Shown piece by piece: positions 37,127 to 46,079 of a stretch of DNA of 64,000 bases (its first letter is position 1; each line of letters opens with the position of its first letter). The stretch lies in NCBI GenBank assembly GCA_913050005.1, contig CAJXBI010000005.1, positions 44-64,043 of the forward strand. Direction: 5' to 3'. Below the pieces are notes generated by a model that was given only the letters and a program-made list of their open reading frames with translations, had not been told where the DNA came from and ran no database searches. Source of the DNA: an uncultured Bacteroidota bacterium. GTDB lineage: Bacteria; Bacteroidota; Bacteroidia; NS11-12g; UBA9320. Position numbers and translations under genes: made by a program.

Positions 37127-39727
37127 ATGATCAATCCATTAATGAAATTTCTCAAGATAACCTTCCCAATTAGCATAATATTCTTTTTTGCTAGTTGTAA
37201 AACTGTAACGATGAAAAAAGCTGATGAAGCAATGCAGCTTAAAAATTACGCTATATCAGCGGATATTTATGATCAACTTGCAAGTAACACAAAATTACCC
37301 AAGGATGTTCGTCAAACTGCAGCATATCGTGGCGCAGAAAGTTACAGGTATAATCATCAGCCAAAAAAAGCACTCAAATTATATGTAAAATCTAAGAAAT
37401 ATGGGGCTAAAGATCCTACTGTAATTTATAGAGTTGCACAGATGTACAAGCAACTCAATGAATATGAAAATGCCATTGAAAATTTCAAAGCATATCAAAA
37501 AGAAGTGCCTTCTGATGAACGTGTTGAAGCTATGATTAAAGGGTGCGAATCAGCACTTAAATGGAAAGAGGAAAAAACAAGATACACTATAACACCTTTC
37601 AAACCTGCTAACGATCGCTCTTCAGACGATTTTTCTCCTGTATGGGCAGATCGAAAAAATAAATCTATAATGTTTACTTCTGATCGTGAAGGTGGAATAT
37701 CGAAGAATCCCTATGACAGAACATTAAGATCACACTCAGATCTTTGGACAGTCAAGAAAGGAAGAAGTCGTGGCAAGTCCGAAAAATGGGGTGAAGCAGA
37801 ATTAGTTGAGGGCCTAAATACAAAATATAATGACGGGACAGTCACTTTCAATAGCCGAATGTCAAAGATGTATTTCACGCAATGTAACGGTGAAACTGGT
37901 AAAGAACCTAAGTGTAAAATCTATGAAGCACGGAAATCAGGAAAAGGCTGGCAAATGAATCCTGAGCCCCTTAGTTTTTGCTCTGGTGCAGAAAACAACA
38001 AATGGAATTACGGTCATCCTGTATTAGCAAAAAAAGACAAAGTTATGTACTTTGCCTCAGACCGACCTGGCGGATACGGCGATAGCTCAGGTATAGAAAA
38101 AACTAAGGATATTTGGATGGTAACTTTTGTTAAAAGAGGAAGAACCTGGAGTGAACCTATTAACCTTGGGCCAAATGTAAATACCGAATACAACGAAATG
38201 TTTCCATATGCTCACAAAGATGGTTCGCTTTATTTCGCATCTGAAGGACATCCTGGTCTTGGAGGATTAGATATTTTCTATACGGTAAAAACAGACGAAG
38301 GCCCTACAGATTGGTCAGTTCCAACAAATATGAAAAGCCCTGTAAATTCATCCGGAGATGATTTTGGTATTATTTTAAATACAACTAAAGAAGCTGGTTT
38401 TTTCACATCAAATCGTACTAAAAGTCAGGATGACATTTTTGAATTCACAATGGAGCCAATTGAATGTACGCTTAAAGGACAAATTACTGATTGTGACAGT
38501 GGAACAGCGATTAGTAATGCATTGGTTGAAATTAGTAATAATGTTGACTCATTCATCATAAGACTACGAACAGATGAAAGAGGATATTATGATACTAAAA
38601 TTGGCATTAATAAAGAATACACAATAGCCGTCTCTAAAAGACAAGCCTATTACTATGACGCTAAACCACAATATGTAACTACAGCTGGAGTCGAAAACTC
38701 TCTCGATTGCCAGTATGTTAAAGATTTTTGTCTGAAAAATACATGTAATGATGTATTTGTTTTGCCTATATACTATGACCTTGCAAAAGCATTCATCAGA
38801 ACAGATGCAAAACCAATTTTAGATGATTTAATCAAGACTTTGAATAAATATCCAAAAATGGCGGTTGAGTTAGGATCACATACTGACTGTAGGGCATCTT
38901 TTGAGTACAATAGAGACTTATCTCAGAGAAGAGCAGACTCCGCAACATCGTATCTAATTGAAAAAGGAGGTATTAATCCTTTCCGACTTGATGCAAGAGG
39001 GTACGGAGAATCACAACTTGTAACCGATTGTCCTTGTGAAGGACCAGTTACTAGCAGCTGTTCAGAAGAAGAACATCAAAGAAATAGAAGAACTACCGTG
39101 AAAGTGGTTAACTGTAATTTTGACATTCAGTCAATCGGAGTAGATTATTCTCAAAGAAACGACGAAGCACTTAACGGAAAAGGTTCCATTTATAGCCCTT
39201 ATCTTCTTGAAAAACAACGAGAGTTTTTAGCTAAGACTAAAGGTGATATTGATAGCTTTATTCGTGCTAAAGCAATTGAAGATAGCTTAACACTTGCAAG
39301 ACAAGCTGAGGAAGAGTTTTTAGCTAAGTACGATTTCTTACCGCTAACTCCTACTAAAGTTGAAGGAACTTACAGTGTTTATGGATACGTTGGAAGAAAG
39401 AAAATTAGATTCCAATACACTGGAGAAGACAGAAGAACACTGATGAATCAAGTCTTAGTGGAACAACTAATCAGATCAGGTAAGTTAAGTCCGAATGATT
39501 TCAGAGACTCAGGAACAAAAATTAAACTCTCTGATGGTACTAAAATATATGGCACTTCTTTCACATTAAAAGAACTTAAAATTAATGGAAAAGTATACAA
39601 TAAAGTTAAGTGTAAAATGACAAACACTAAAAAGCCTGTATTAGGATATAACTTGTTTGATAGAGAATATGTTGATTTTGAAGTCAAAGGCAATAAGCTT
39701 TGGTTACTAAAAGACACTGATGAATAA
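37127..39727 (+). CDS. OmpA-family peptidoglycan-binding lipoprotein (TPR + TolB-like beta-propeller + OmpA_C) with an unusual ~200-aa C-terminal extension
   Basis: It has a lipoprotein signal (ISIIFFFASC) and TPR-like helices. TolB-like repeats are present (MFTSDREGG, MYFASDRPGG, LYFASEGHPGLGGLDIF). The OmpA_C motif is NRDLSQRRADSATSYL...ARGYGES. The extension covers residues ~665-866. Confidence 0.8.
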   Translation: MINPLMKFLKITFPISIIFFFASCKTVTMKKADEAMQLKNYAISADIYDQLASNTKLPKDVRQTAAYRGAESYRYNHQPKKALKLYVKSKKYGAKDPTVIYRVAQMYKQLNEYENAIENFKAYQKEVPSDERVEAMIKGCESALKWKEEKTRYTITPFKPANDRSSDDFSPVWADRKNKSIMFTSDREGGISKNPYDRTLRSHSDLWTVKKGRSRGKSEKWGEAELVEGLNTKYNDGTVTFNSRMSKMYFTQCNGETGKEPKCKIYEARKSGKGWQMNPEPLSFCSGAENNKWNYGHPVLAKKDKVMYFASDRPGGYGDSSGIEKTKDIWMVTFVKRGRTWSEPINLGPNVNTEYNEMFPYAHKDGSLYFASEGHPGLGGLDIFYTVKTDEGPTDWSVPTNMKSPVNSSGDDFGIILNTTKEAGFFTSNRTKSQDDIFEFTMEPIECTLKGQITDCDSGTAISNALVEISNNVDSFIIRLRTDERGYYDTKIGINKEYTIAVSKRQAYYYDAKPQYVTTAGVENSLDCQYVKDFCLKNTCNDVFVLPIYYDLAKAFIRTDAKPILDDLIKTLNKYPKMAVELGSHTDCRASFEYNRDLSQRRADSATSYLIEKGGINPFRLDARGYGESQLVTDCPCEGPVTSSCSEEEHQRNRRTTVKVVNCNFDIQSIGVDYSQRNDEALNGKGSIYSPYLLEKQREFLAKTKGDIDSFIRAKAIEDSLTLARQAEEEFLAKYDFLPLTPTKVEGTYSVYGYVGRKKIRFQYTGEDRRTLMNQVLVEQLIRSGKLSPNDFRDSGTKIKLSDGTKIYGTSFTLKELKINGKVYNKVKCKMTNTKKPVLGYNLFDREYVDFEVKGNKLWLLKDTDE

Positions 39728-39744
39728 GTTAATTTTAAAATCGA

Positions 39745-40899
39745 GTGAGTAGATATGAAATAAGAGGTGTTTCCGCTCAAAAAGAGGACGTACACCATGC
39801 TATCTCCAACGTTGATAAGGGAATATTTCCCAATGCTTTTTGCAAAATCGTAGAAGACTATATTGGTAATGACGACTCCTTCTGTAATATTATGCATGCA
39901 GATGGAGCAGGCACCAAATCATCACTAGCTTATTTATATTGGAAGGAGACTGGAGATGTCAGTGTGTGGAGGGGTATTGCTCAAGATGCAATTGTCATGA
40001 ATCTTGACGATATTATTTGTACTGGTGCAATCGGACCGTTCTTGCTTTCCAATACAATTGGTAGAAATAAACACCTTATCCCTGGCGAAGTAATTAAAGA
40101 AATTATTGACGGTTTTGAAGAATGCATTGAAACCATGTGTTCTTTTGGTACAGATATTAAATTTACTGGAGGCGAAACTGCAGACGTTGGTGATCTTGTT
40201 AAAACAATTATAATAGACAGTACTGTTGCCTGCAGACCTCATCGGTCAGCTATCATTGAAGTAGACATTAAGCCTACTGACGTTATTGTTGGATTTTCTT
40301 CATACGGACAAGCTACCTATGAAAAAACATATAATGCGGGGATGGGATCCAATGGGCTTACTTCTGGAAGACACGATTTACTAAAACACGACTACTACAC
40401 TAAATATCCTGAATCGTTCGATGTTAATACAAATGAAGAGTATATCTATTCTGGCATTTTTTCTATAACAGATAACTTAAATGGTACCGAAGTAAATATT
40501 GGACAAGCACTTTTATCTCCAACACGAACTTATGCACCTATACTGAATCAAATTTTTAAAAATAATGATTTAAAAAAAGCAATTCACGGTATCATTCACT
40601 GTACAGGAGGTGCTCAAACCAAAGTCTTGAAATTTTTAGACAAGACATTACATATAATCAAAGACAACTTGCTACCAGTTCCTCCTTTGTTTCAAATGAT
40701 TCAATCCACAACAGAAACATCTATGAAAGAAATGTTTGAGGTATTCAACATGGGGCATCGTCTTGAAATCTATTGTGATGAGGAGATCTCCCAAGAACTC
40801 ATTGACATTTCGAGTCAATTTAATGTTGAAGCAAAAGTCATTGGAAGATGCGAAGAAGCCAGTGAAAAATCTTTAACTATAAATGACATTACTTATTAA
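39745..40899 (+). CDS. AIR synthase-related protein (PurM-like)
   Basis: GTG start. The N-terminus SRYEIRGVSAQKEDVHHAI and the motif MHADGAGTKS match PurM-superfamily N- and C-domains. The 384-aa length fits the Bacteroidota-type AIR synthase-related family. Confidence 0.75.
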   Translation: MSRYEIRGVSAQKEDVHHAISNVDKGIFPNAFCKIVEDYIGNDDSFCNIMHADGAGTKSSLAYLYWKETGDVSVWRGIAQDAIVMNLDDIICTGAIGPFLLSNTIGRNKHLIPGEVIKEIIDGFEECIETMCSFGTDIKFTGGETADVGDLVKTIIIDSTVACRPHRSAIIEVDIKPTDVIVGFSSYGQATYEKTYNAGMGSNGLTSGRHDLLKHDYYTKYPESFDVNTNEEYIYSGIFSITDNLNGTEVNIGQALLSPTRTYAPILNQIFKNNDLKKAIHGIIHCTGGAQTKVLKFLDKTLHIIKDNLLPVPPLFQMIQSTTETSMKEMFEVFNMGHRLEIYCDEEISQELIDISSQFNVEAKVIGRCEEASEKSLTINDITY

Positions 40900-40920
40900 A
40901 GCATTTTTAAATTTTAGCTT

Positions 40921-41952
40921 GTGGTAGACATTCGATCACTTTCTAAAATGGCGTTAATCCAAGCTTGTGAAGAGCTTGACGCAAAAAAATTCAGAGCTAA
41001 CCAATTGTGGGAATGGTTGTGGCAAAAAAGTGCCCGTTCTTTTGACGAAATGACTAATCTCTCAAAAGATTTCAGACAAAAACTCAGTGATAAATATACC
41101 TTAAATACATTAAGTATTTTCCAAACTCAAAAAAGCTCAGATAAGACCATCAAATATGCTTTTAAACTGAACGATGGATTTTTGATTGAAGGAGTGTTGA
41201 TACCTACTTCTAATCGTGTAACCGCCTGCATTTCGTCTCAAGTAGGATGCAGTCTCAGCTGTACATTTTGTGCAACTGGGTTTATGAAAAGAGAACGAAA
41301 CCTCAGAATTGATGAAATTTATGACCAAGTTGCTATTTTAAAGAAAGAAGCAGAACGAGAATACAATATCAACTTAAGCAATATTGTACTCATGGGAATG
41401 GGTGAACCCTTATTAAACTACGCTAATGTTATTGGTGGAATTGAAAAAGTCACAGCTCCTGACGGTCTTGGAATATCACCTCAACGAATCACCCTTTCAA
41501 CAGCAGGAATTGCTAAAATGATAAAAAAACTTGGTGATGACCAAGTAAGATTTAACCTAGCGTTATCGCTGCATTCAGCTAATAACAAAAAAAGAAGTGC
41601 TATTATGCCAATTAACGATAGCAATTCACTTGAGGATTTAATTGAGTCAATTAATTACTTTTATGACAAAACAAACACACGAGTCACTCTTGAATATTGT
41701 GTGATTAATGATATAAATGACGATCCCTTAGAAGCTGAAGAACTAATAGCTTTTGCTCGTCAAATTAAATGTAAAGTTAATTTAATAGAATATAACCCTA
41801 TTGATTTAGCCGAATTTAAATCTAGCTCCACTGAAAAAATTCAACGTTTTGCCGATTACCTTGAATACAATAAAGTGATCGTGAACATAAGAAGAAGTAG
41901 AGGTAAGGATATTGATGCTGCCTGTGGTCAATTGGCCAATAAGGTTAATTAA
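40921..41952 (+). CDS. rlmN: 23S rRNA (adenine2503-C2)-methyltransferase RlmN (radical SAM)
   Basis: It has the CSLSCTFCATG radical SAM motif, GMGEPLLN and a C-terminal conserved Cys (DIDAACGQL). The GTG start is uncertain; an ATG at 40948 is the alternative. Confidence 0.88.
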   Translation: MVDIRSLSKMALIQACEELDAKKFRANQLWEWLWQKSARSFDEMTNLSKDFRQKLSDKYTLNTLSIFQTQKSSDKTIKYAFKLNDGFLIEGVLIPTSNRVTACISSQVGCSLSCTFCATGFMKRERNLRIDEIYDQVAILKKEAEREYNINLSNIVLMGMGEPLLNYANVIGGIEKVTAPDGLGISPQRITLSTAGIAKMIKKLGDDQVRFNLALSLHSANNKKRSAIMPINDSNSLEDLIESINYFYDKTNTRVTLEYCVINDINDDPLEAEELIAFARQIKCKVNLIEYNPIDLAEFKSSSTEKIQRFADYLEYNKVIVNIRRSRGKDIDAACGQLANKVN

Positions 41953-42370
41953 AAAATCTACTGGCCAAATCACTAGATGGTATTCGACAAGAAGAACTTT
42001 GCCCAAAAAAATTATATCTATTTCTAGCAATCAATCTATAAACGCTATTTCTAAAAACCCTAGGTATCCAATGTAAGTATTTAAAATATGAAAAAGGAGA
42101 TTTGAAATATTTTGATATTTCAATTACGGCATCAGACTCCACATGGTTTTTCCCATTTATCCTAAAGACAATAGTATCTAATGATTTTATGTCGTCATAT
42201 TCTTCAAATAATAACGCTGCATATCTTGACTGTAATGGTGCGAATCGAATCTTTTTATTTTTTTCTAGACGTAAAACAACATCTACTGACCAATTACAAA
42301 GATTACAAACACCATCAAAAAATAGGATAGGTCCGTTATCATTTAGCTCATTAATATTATTGGGAATCAA
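41945..42370 (-). CDS. Thiol-disulfide oxidoreductase DCC family protein (DUF393)
   Basis: It has the [10 protein letters not shown] motif near the N-terminus. 141 aa. Its 3' end overlaps rlmN convergently by 8 nt. Confidence 0.8.
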   Translation of the reverse strand: MIPNNINELNDNGPILFFDGVCNLCNWSVDVVLRLEKNKKIRFAPLQSRYAALLFEEYDDIKSLDTIVFRINGKNHVESDAVIEISKYFKSPFSYFKYLHWIPRVFRNSVYRLIARNRYNFFGQSSSCRIPSSDLASRFFN

Positions 42371-42446
42371 AGATTTATGTGTTTGTTCAAATTTAATGAT
42401 GAATTCTTTTAAATCACTGAAAAATAGATTAGGTATCTTTGCATCA

Positions 42447-44300
42447 ATGGCAAAAATATCAATTGATTTAAATTCTGGTACTATTCAAAAAGAATCTGCT
42501 GTAATTGGTATTGATCTTGGCACCACTAATAGTCTGATTGCCTCAATCGACCCCATCACTCGACGACCCTATTGCATTACAAAAAATGCAGATAGTATTG
42601 TTCCTAGCACGATCTATTTTGATAATGATGAGATCATCGTAGGTAAAAAAGCTCAAAATCGATTAATTGATGATCCAAAAAACACATTATACTCTGTCAA
42701 AAGATTAATGGGTAAAAGCTATCAAGAGATTATTAGCCACGGAAATGCTCTAAACTATCAAATCATTGATAATGGAGATAAACTTGTTCAAGTAAAGGTT
42801 AATAATCGATTTTATACCCCCATTGAGTTATCTTCATTCATCTTAAAAGAACTAAAGCAATTAGGGACAAACCAATTAAAAAAAGAAATACAAAAAGTGG
42901 TAATTACAGTCCCTGCATACTTTGACGACTCACAAAGGCAGGCCACAAGAGATGCTGGAAAGCTCGCTGGATTAGACGTCTTAAGAATAATTAATGAGCC
43001 AACTGCTGCAAGTTTGACTTATGGTTTAGGAATTGATAAAGATCAATCCAAAATAGTTGCAGTTTATGACTTGGGCGGGGGAACTTTTGATATTTCCATT
43101 CTTAATATTCAACAAGGAGTCTTTGAGGTATTATCTACTAATGGTGACACTTATTTGGGTGGGGATGATTTTGACCAAGCTATTGTTGATCATTGGGAAA
43201 AGCTTCACTCATTATCCAACCTATCCGACAACGATAAACAGCTTTTAAGAGTTACTGCTGAGAAAGCTAAAAAAGAATTAAGCTCTCAACAAAGTTATGG
43301 CGATGCTATACATATTAACAGTCAGAATATAACATTTTCTCTTGATCGCGACCAAATCAACGAAATCCTTAGTCCCATTATTGATCAAACAATCAATATA
43401 TGTTCAAATGCACTTAAAGATGCTGGTATTTTATCTTCAGAAATACAAGAAGTAGTTTTAGTTGGAGGAAGTACAAGAATACCAGCCGTTAAAAATAGTG
43501 TTCAAAACATATTCTTTGATGCAAAGATTAATGATCAAATAAACCCAGATGAAGTAGTTGCACTTGGTGCTGCAATTGAAGCTGATATTTTGGCTGGAAA
43601 TCGAACAGATTTATTACTTCTTGATGTTACACCTCTCTCTCTAGGTATTGAAACTGTAGGTGGATTGATGGATATTTTAATACCAAGGAATAACAAAATA
43701 CCTACGCAACTCAAAAAAGAATATACAACGTCTGTTGATGGACAAGTAAACCTCGCTATAAATGTTTATCAAGGTGAGCGAGAAATAGTATCTGATAATC
43801 GGAAAATTGGCGAGTTTATTTTAAAAGATATCCCATCGATGCCTGCGGGAATTCCAAAGATTGAATTAACCTTTTTACTCAATGCGGACGGTATTCTTCA
43901 AGTAAGTGCAAAAGAGTTAAGATCAGGTGTAAGCCAGCAGGTTACCTTAAAACCTCAATATGGTATCTCCAATCAACAAATAAAAGATATGCTACAAGAG
44001 AGCTTAAATTTTGCTGAATCAGACATGGATAGACGTTCACTTGTTGAGGCAACTACGGAAGCAGAACAACTCATTTATGCTACACAAAAATTCATTCGCG
44101 ACAACAACGAGTTATTAACTCCAGAAAACATCATTGAGCTTGAAAAAAATATCCAGAATATTAATCAAAGCATCGAATCAAAAGATAAAAGTACAATATC
44201 TTCACAAATAGAGAAGTTAAATAATTATACTAAACCCTTTGCAGAAAAGGTTATGGATCTTAAAATATCCAAAGCATTAAGTGGTAAAAAAATTGAATAA
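42447..44300 (+). CDS. hscA: Hsp70-family chaperone, HscA-like
   Basis: Start moved to the ATG at 42447 ([11 protein letters not shown]...), because the track's 115-aa extension is antisense to the DCC gene. Motifs present: [24 protein letters not shown] and [12 protein letters not shown]. The resulting 617 aa matches HscA length, and there is no EEVD tail. Confidence 0.75.
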   Translation: MAKISIDLNSGTIQKESAVIGIDLGTTNSLIASIDPITRRPYCITKNADSIVPSTIYFDNDEIIVGKKAQNRLIDDPKNTLYSVKRLMGKSYQEIISHGNALNYQIIDNGDKLVQVKVNNRFYTPIELSSFILKELKQLGTNQLKKEIQKVVITVPAYFDDSQRQATRDAGKLAGLDVLRIINEPTAASLTYGLGIDKDQSKIVAVYDLGGGTFDISILNIQQGVFEVLSTNGDTYLGGDDFDQAIVDHWEKLHSLSNLSDNDKQLLRVTAEKAKKELSSQQSYGDAIHINSQNITFSLDRDQINEILSPIIDQTINICSNALKDAGILSSEIQEVVLVGGSTRIPAVKNSVQNIFFDAKINDQINPDEVVALGAAIEADILAGNRTDLLLLDVTPLSLGIETVGGLMDILIPRNNKIPTQLKKEYTTSVDGQVNLAINVYQGEREIVSDNRKIGEFILKDIPSMPAGIPKIELTFLLNADGILQVSAKELRSGVSQQVTLKPQYGISNQQIKDMLQESLNFAESDMDRRSLVEATTEAEQLIYATQKFIRDNNELLTPENIIELEKNIQNINQSIESKDKSTISSQIEKLNNYTKPFAEKVMDLKISKALSGKKIE

Positions 44301-44915
44301 ATGAGGTTATTTTTAGTCATAATAGTTTTAGCATTAATTGAAGCAAGCTCATTTGCACAATCAAATGACTTGGTAAATAGTAAACTTGGCATTAAAACTA
44401 GTATTAATTTATCGAGTATGGTTGGCAGTACTTTTGTAAACCCTCGAATCAAATTTGGATATACTGCGGGTTCATATTTTATTTCTAATCCAAAAAAAAA
44501 GACTAGCGTCTATGCAGAAATAATTGGAAACTTCAAAGGTTCCAGTTTTAATAATGGTGACATAGGGTACTCAAAAATAGCTTTATTTTATGTTGATGCT
44601 TCATTACTTCCTAAATTCCAGCTTAAAAATAAACATGCGATATGTATCGGACCAACCCTATCCTATTTAGGTCTATCATCGCTATATGTAGGGGACAAAA
44701 AAAAGTCAGAGATTGACAAACTAAACATCAAACCGTGGGACTGCAGTTTAGCTCTATACTACCACATCCCAAAAACAATTCTTACCATTCAATTCGGAAC
44801 TAAAATTGGACTTCTAAACATCAACAATAACCTTATTTTAAACAATGTTTTCCCTGCTATAAACCCGAAGGGATCTATTCAAAACATTAGTTTTGAGATA
44901 GGTATGTTGTTTTAG
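44301..44915 (+). CDS. Outer-membrane beta-barrel (porin-family) protein
   Basis: It has a signal peptide (MRLFLVIIVLALIEASSFAQ), an alternating beta-strand pattern and a C-terminal aromatic residue (EIGMLF). Its ATG immediately follows the hscA-like TAA. Confidence 0.55.
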   Translation: MRLFLVIIVLALIEASSFAQSNDLVNSKLGIKTSINLSSMVGSTFVNPRIKFGYTAGSYFISNPKKKTSVYAEIIGNFKGSSFNNGDIGYSKIALFYVDASLLPKFQLKNKHAICIGPTLSYLGLSSLYVGDKKKSEIDKLNIKPWDCSLALYYHIPKTILTIQFGTKIGLLNINNNLILNNVFPAINPKGSIQNISFEIGMLF

Positions 44916-45016
44916 AAAATAAAACAAATTGAATTATATCATAAATATGCATGATATATTTCCGAAGCGTAATAAATAAGCAACTAGAAATTAAGAAATC
45001 GGTCTGAGGGAATCGT

Positions 45017-45238
45017 TTACAATTCGTCTTGATTAAAGAAATAATCATCGGTTGAAGGATATTCAGACCATATTTCTTCTATGGTCTCAAATGGTTCTCC
45101 GTCATCTTCGAGTTCTTGTAAGTTTTCAACTACTTCTAAGGGTGCTCCAGTTCTGATAGCAAAGTCTATCAACTCATCTTTCGATGCAGGCCAAGGAGCG
45201 TCGTCAAGGTATGATGCAAGTTCTAAAGTCCAATACAT
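45017..45238 (-). CDS. DUF2795 domain protein
   Basis: 73 aa and acidic. The core PASKDELIDFAIRTGAPLEVVENL is typical of DUF2795. Confidence 0.7.
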   Translation of the reverse strand: MYWTLELASYLDDAPWPASKDELIDFAIRTGAPLEVVENLQELEDDGEPFETIEEIWSEYPSTDDYFFNQDEL

Positions 45239-45332
45239 GGCTATTAAATTACAGATTGATTATATTAATGCGAAAATAACTTTTTTTCAGAATTCACAAT
45301 AACTGAAAAAATATGTTTTAAATCGCTATATT

Positions 45333-46064
45333 TCAGGTATTTAGCTCGTGTAACAAGATTCCAGCAGCTACTGATACATTGAGCGAATTCATGTTTCCTG
45401 TCATTTTTATTCGCCAAATGTGATCCATAAACAATAATCGATCTCTAGATAATCCTTTGTCTTCATTGCCCATCCATAGTGCCCAAGAGGTTAAATCTCG
45501 AATACTTGATCGATCCATAGTTTGATCTGTTTTTTCAGAGGCCGCTATTTGTGGTATGCCCCAGCTTTTTAAGTAAGTTAATGTATTTGATAAACTACTT
45601 ACTCGTGCTACAGGTAATTTTAACAAAGCTCCAGCCGACGATTTAATGGCTCCTTCGCCAATCTCAGCATTGGCTTTTACCCCAACAATTAATAAATCTA
45701 CCCCAAAGGCAACGCATGATCGTGAAATAGCTCCAATATTTCGAATATCTTGAATGCCATCAGCTACAAGTATTTTGGGTGGGTCTCCATTTTCAAATAA
45801 TCGGGTAATGGTCTCCTCTAAAGGTACAAATTCAATAGGACTCTTAATGGCTATTACTCCTTGGTGGTTTGCCCTGGTAATGCGATTAAGCTTTTCAATA
45901 GGTACCATCTGAAAAGGAGTGTTCGACTTTTTAGCAAGTTGCCGTAATACCCCTATTTTTTGTTTATCCGCCTGACTATTTATGTACACCTTACCAATAG
46001 TGACATCACTATTAAGAAGCTCCTCCACGGCATGAAAGCCAATAATGATGCCCTCTCTACTCAT
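45333..46064 (-). CDS. rlmB: 23S rRNA (guanosine2251-2'-O)-methyltransferase RlmB (SpoU/TrmH family)
   Basis: It has SpoU motifs (DGIQDIRNIGAISRS, MGNEDKGLS, SLNVSVAAGILLHE) and an N-terminal substrate-binding domain. 243 aa. Confidence 0.8.
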   Translation of the reverse strand: MSREGIIIGFHAVEELLNSDVTIGKVYINSQADKQKIGVLRQLAKKSNTPFQMVPIEKLNRITRANHQGVIAIKSPIEFVPLEETITRLFENGDPPKILVADGIQDIRNIGAISRSCVAFGVDLLIVGVKANAEIGEGAIKSSAGALLKLPVARVSSLSNTLTYLKSWGIPQIAASEKTDQTMDRSSIRDLTSWALWMGNEDKGLSRDRLLFMDHIWRIKMTGNMNSLNVSVAAGILLHELNT

Positions 46065-46079
46065 CTAATTTCTAATAGA

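Noticed and set aside
39448-39897. 149-aa antisense ORF spanning the OmpA-family / AIR-synthase-related junction
   Set aside because: Its Ser/Leu/Phe-rich composition is typical of the reverse frame of real genes, with no recognisable motif. Both sense-strand genes are well supported.
42102-42446. 115-codon N-terminal extension of the Hsp70 ORF in the track
   Set aside because: It runs antisense through the DCC oxidoreductase gene (41945-42370) and has low-complexity junk-like sequence. The canonical Hsp70 N-terminus begins at the ATG at 42447.
45281-45311. Hairpin TTTTTTCAG-N12-CTGAAAAAA between rlmB and the DUF2795 gene
   Set aside because: The stem is almost entirely A-T (two G-C pairs) and the loop is 12 nt. 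It may act as a weak terminator, but the evidence is too thin to list as a feature.
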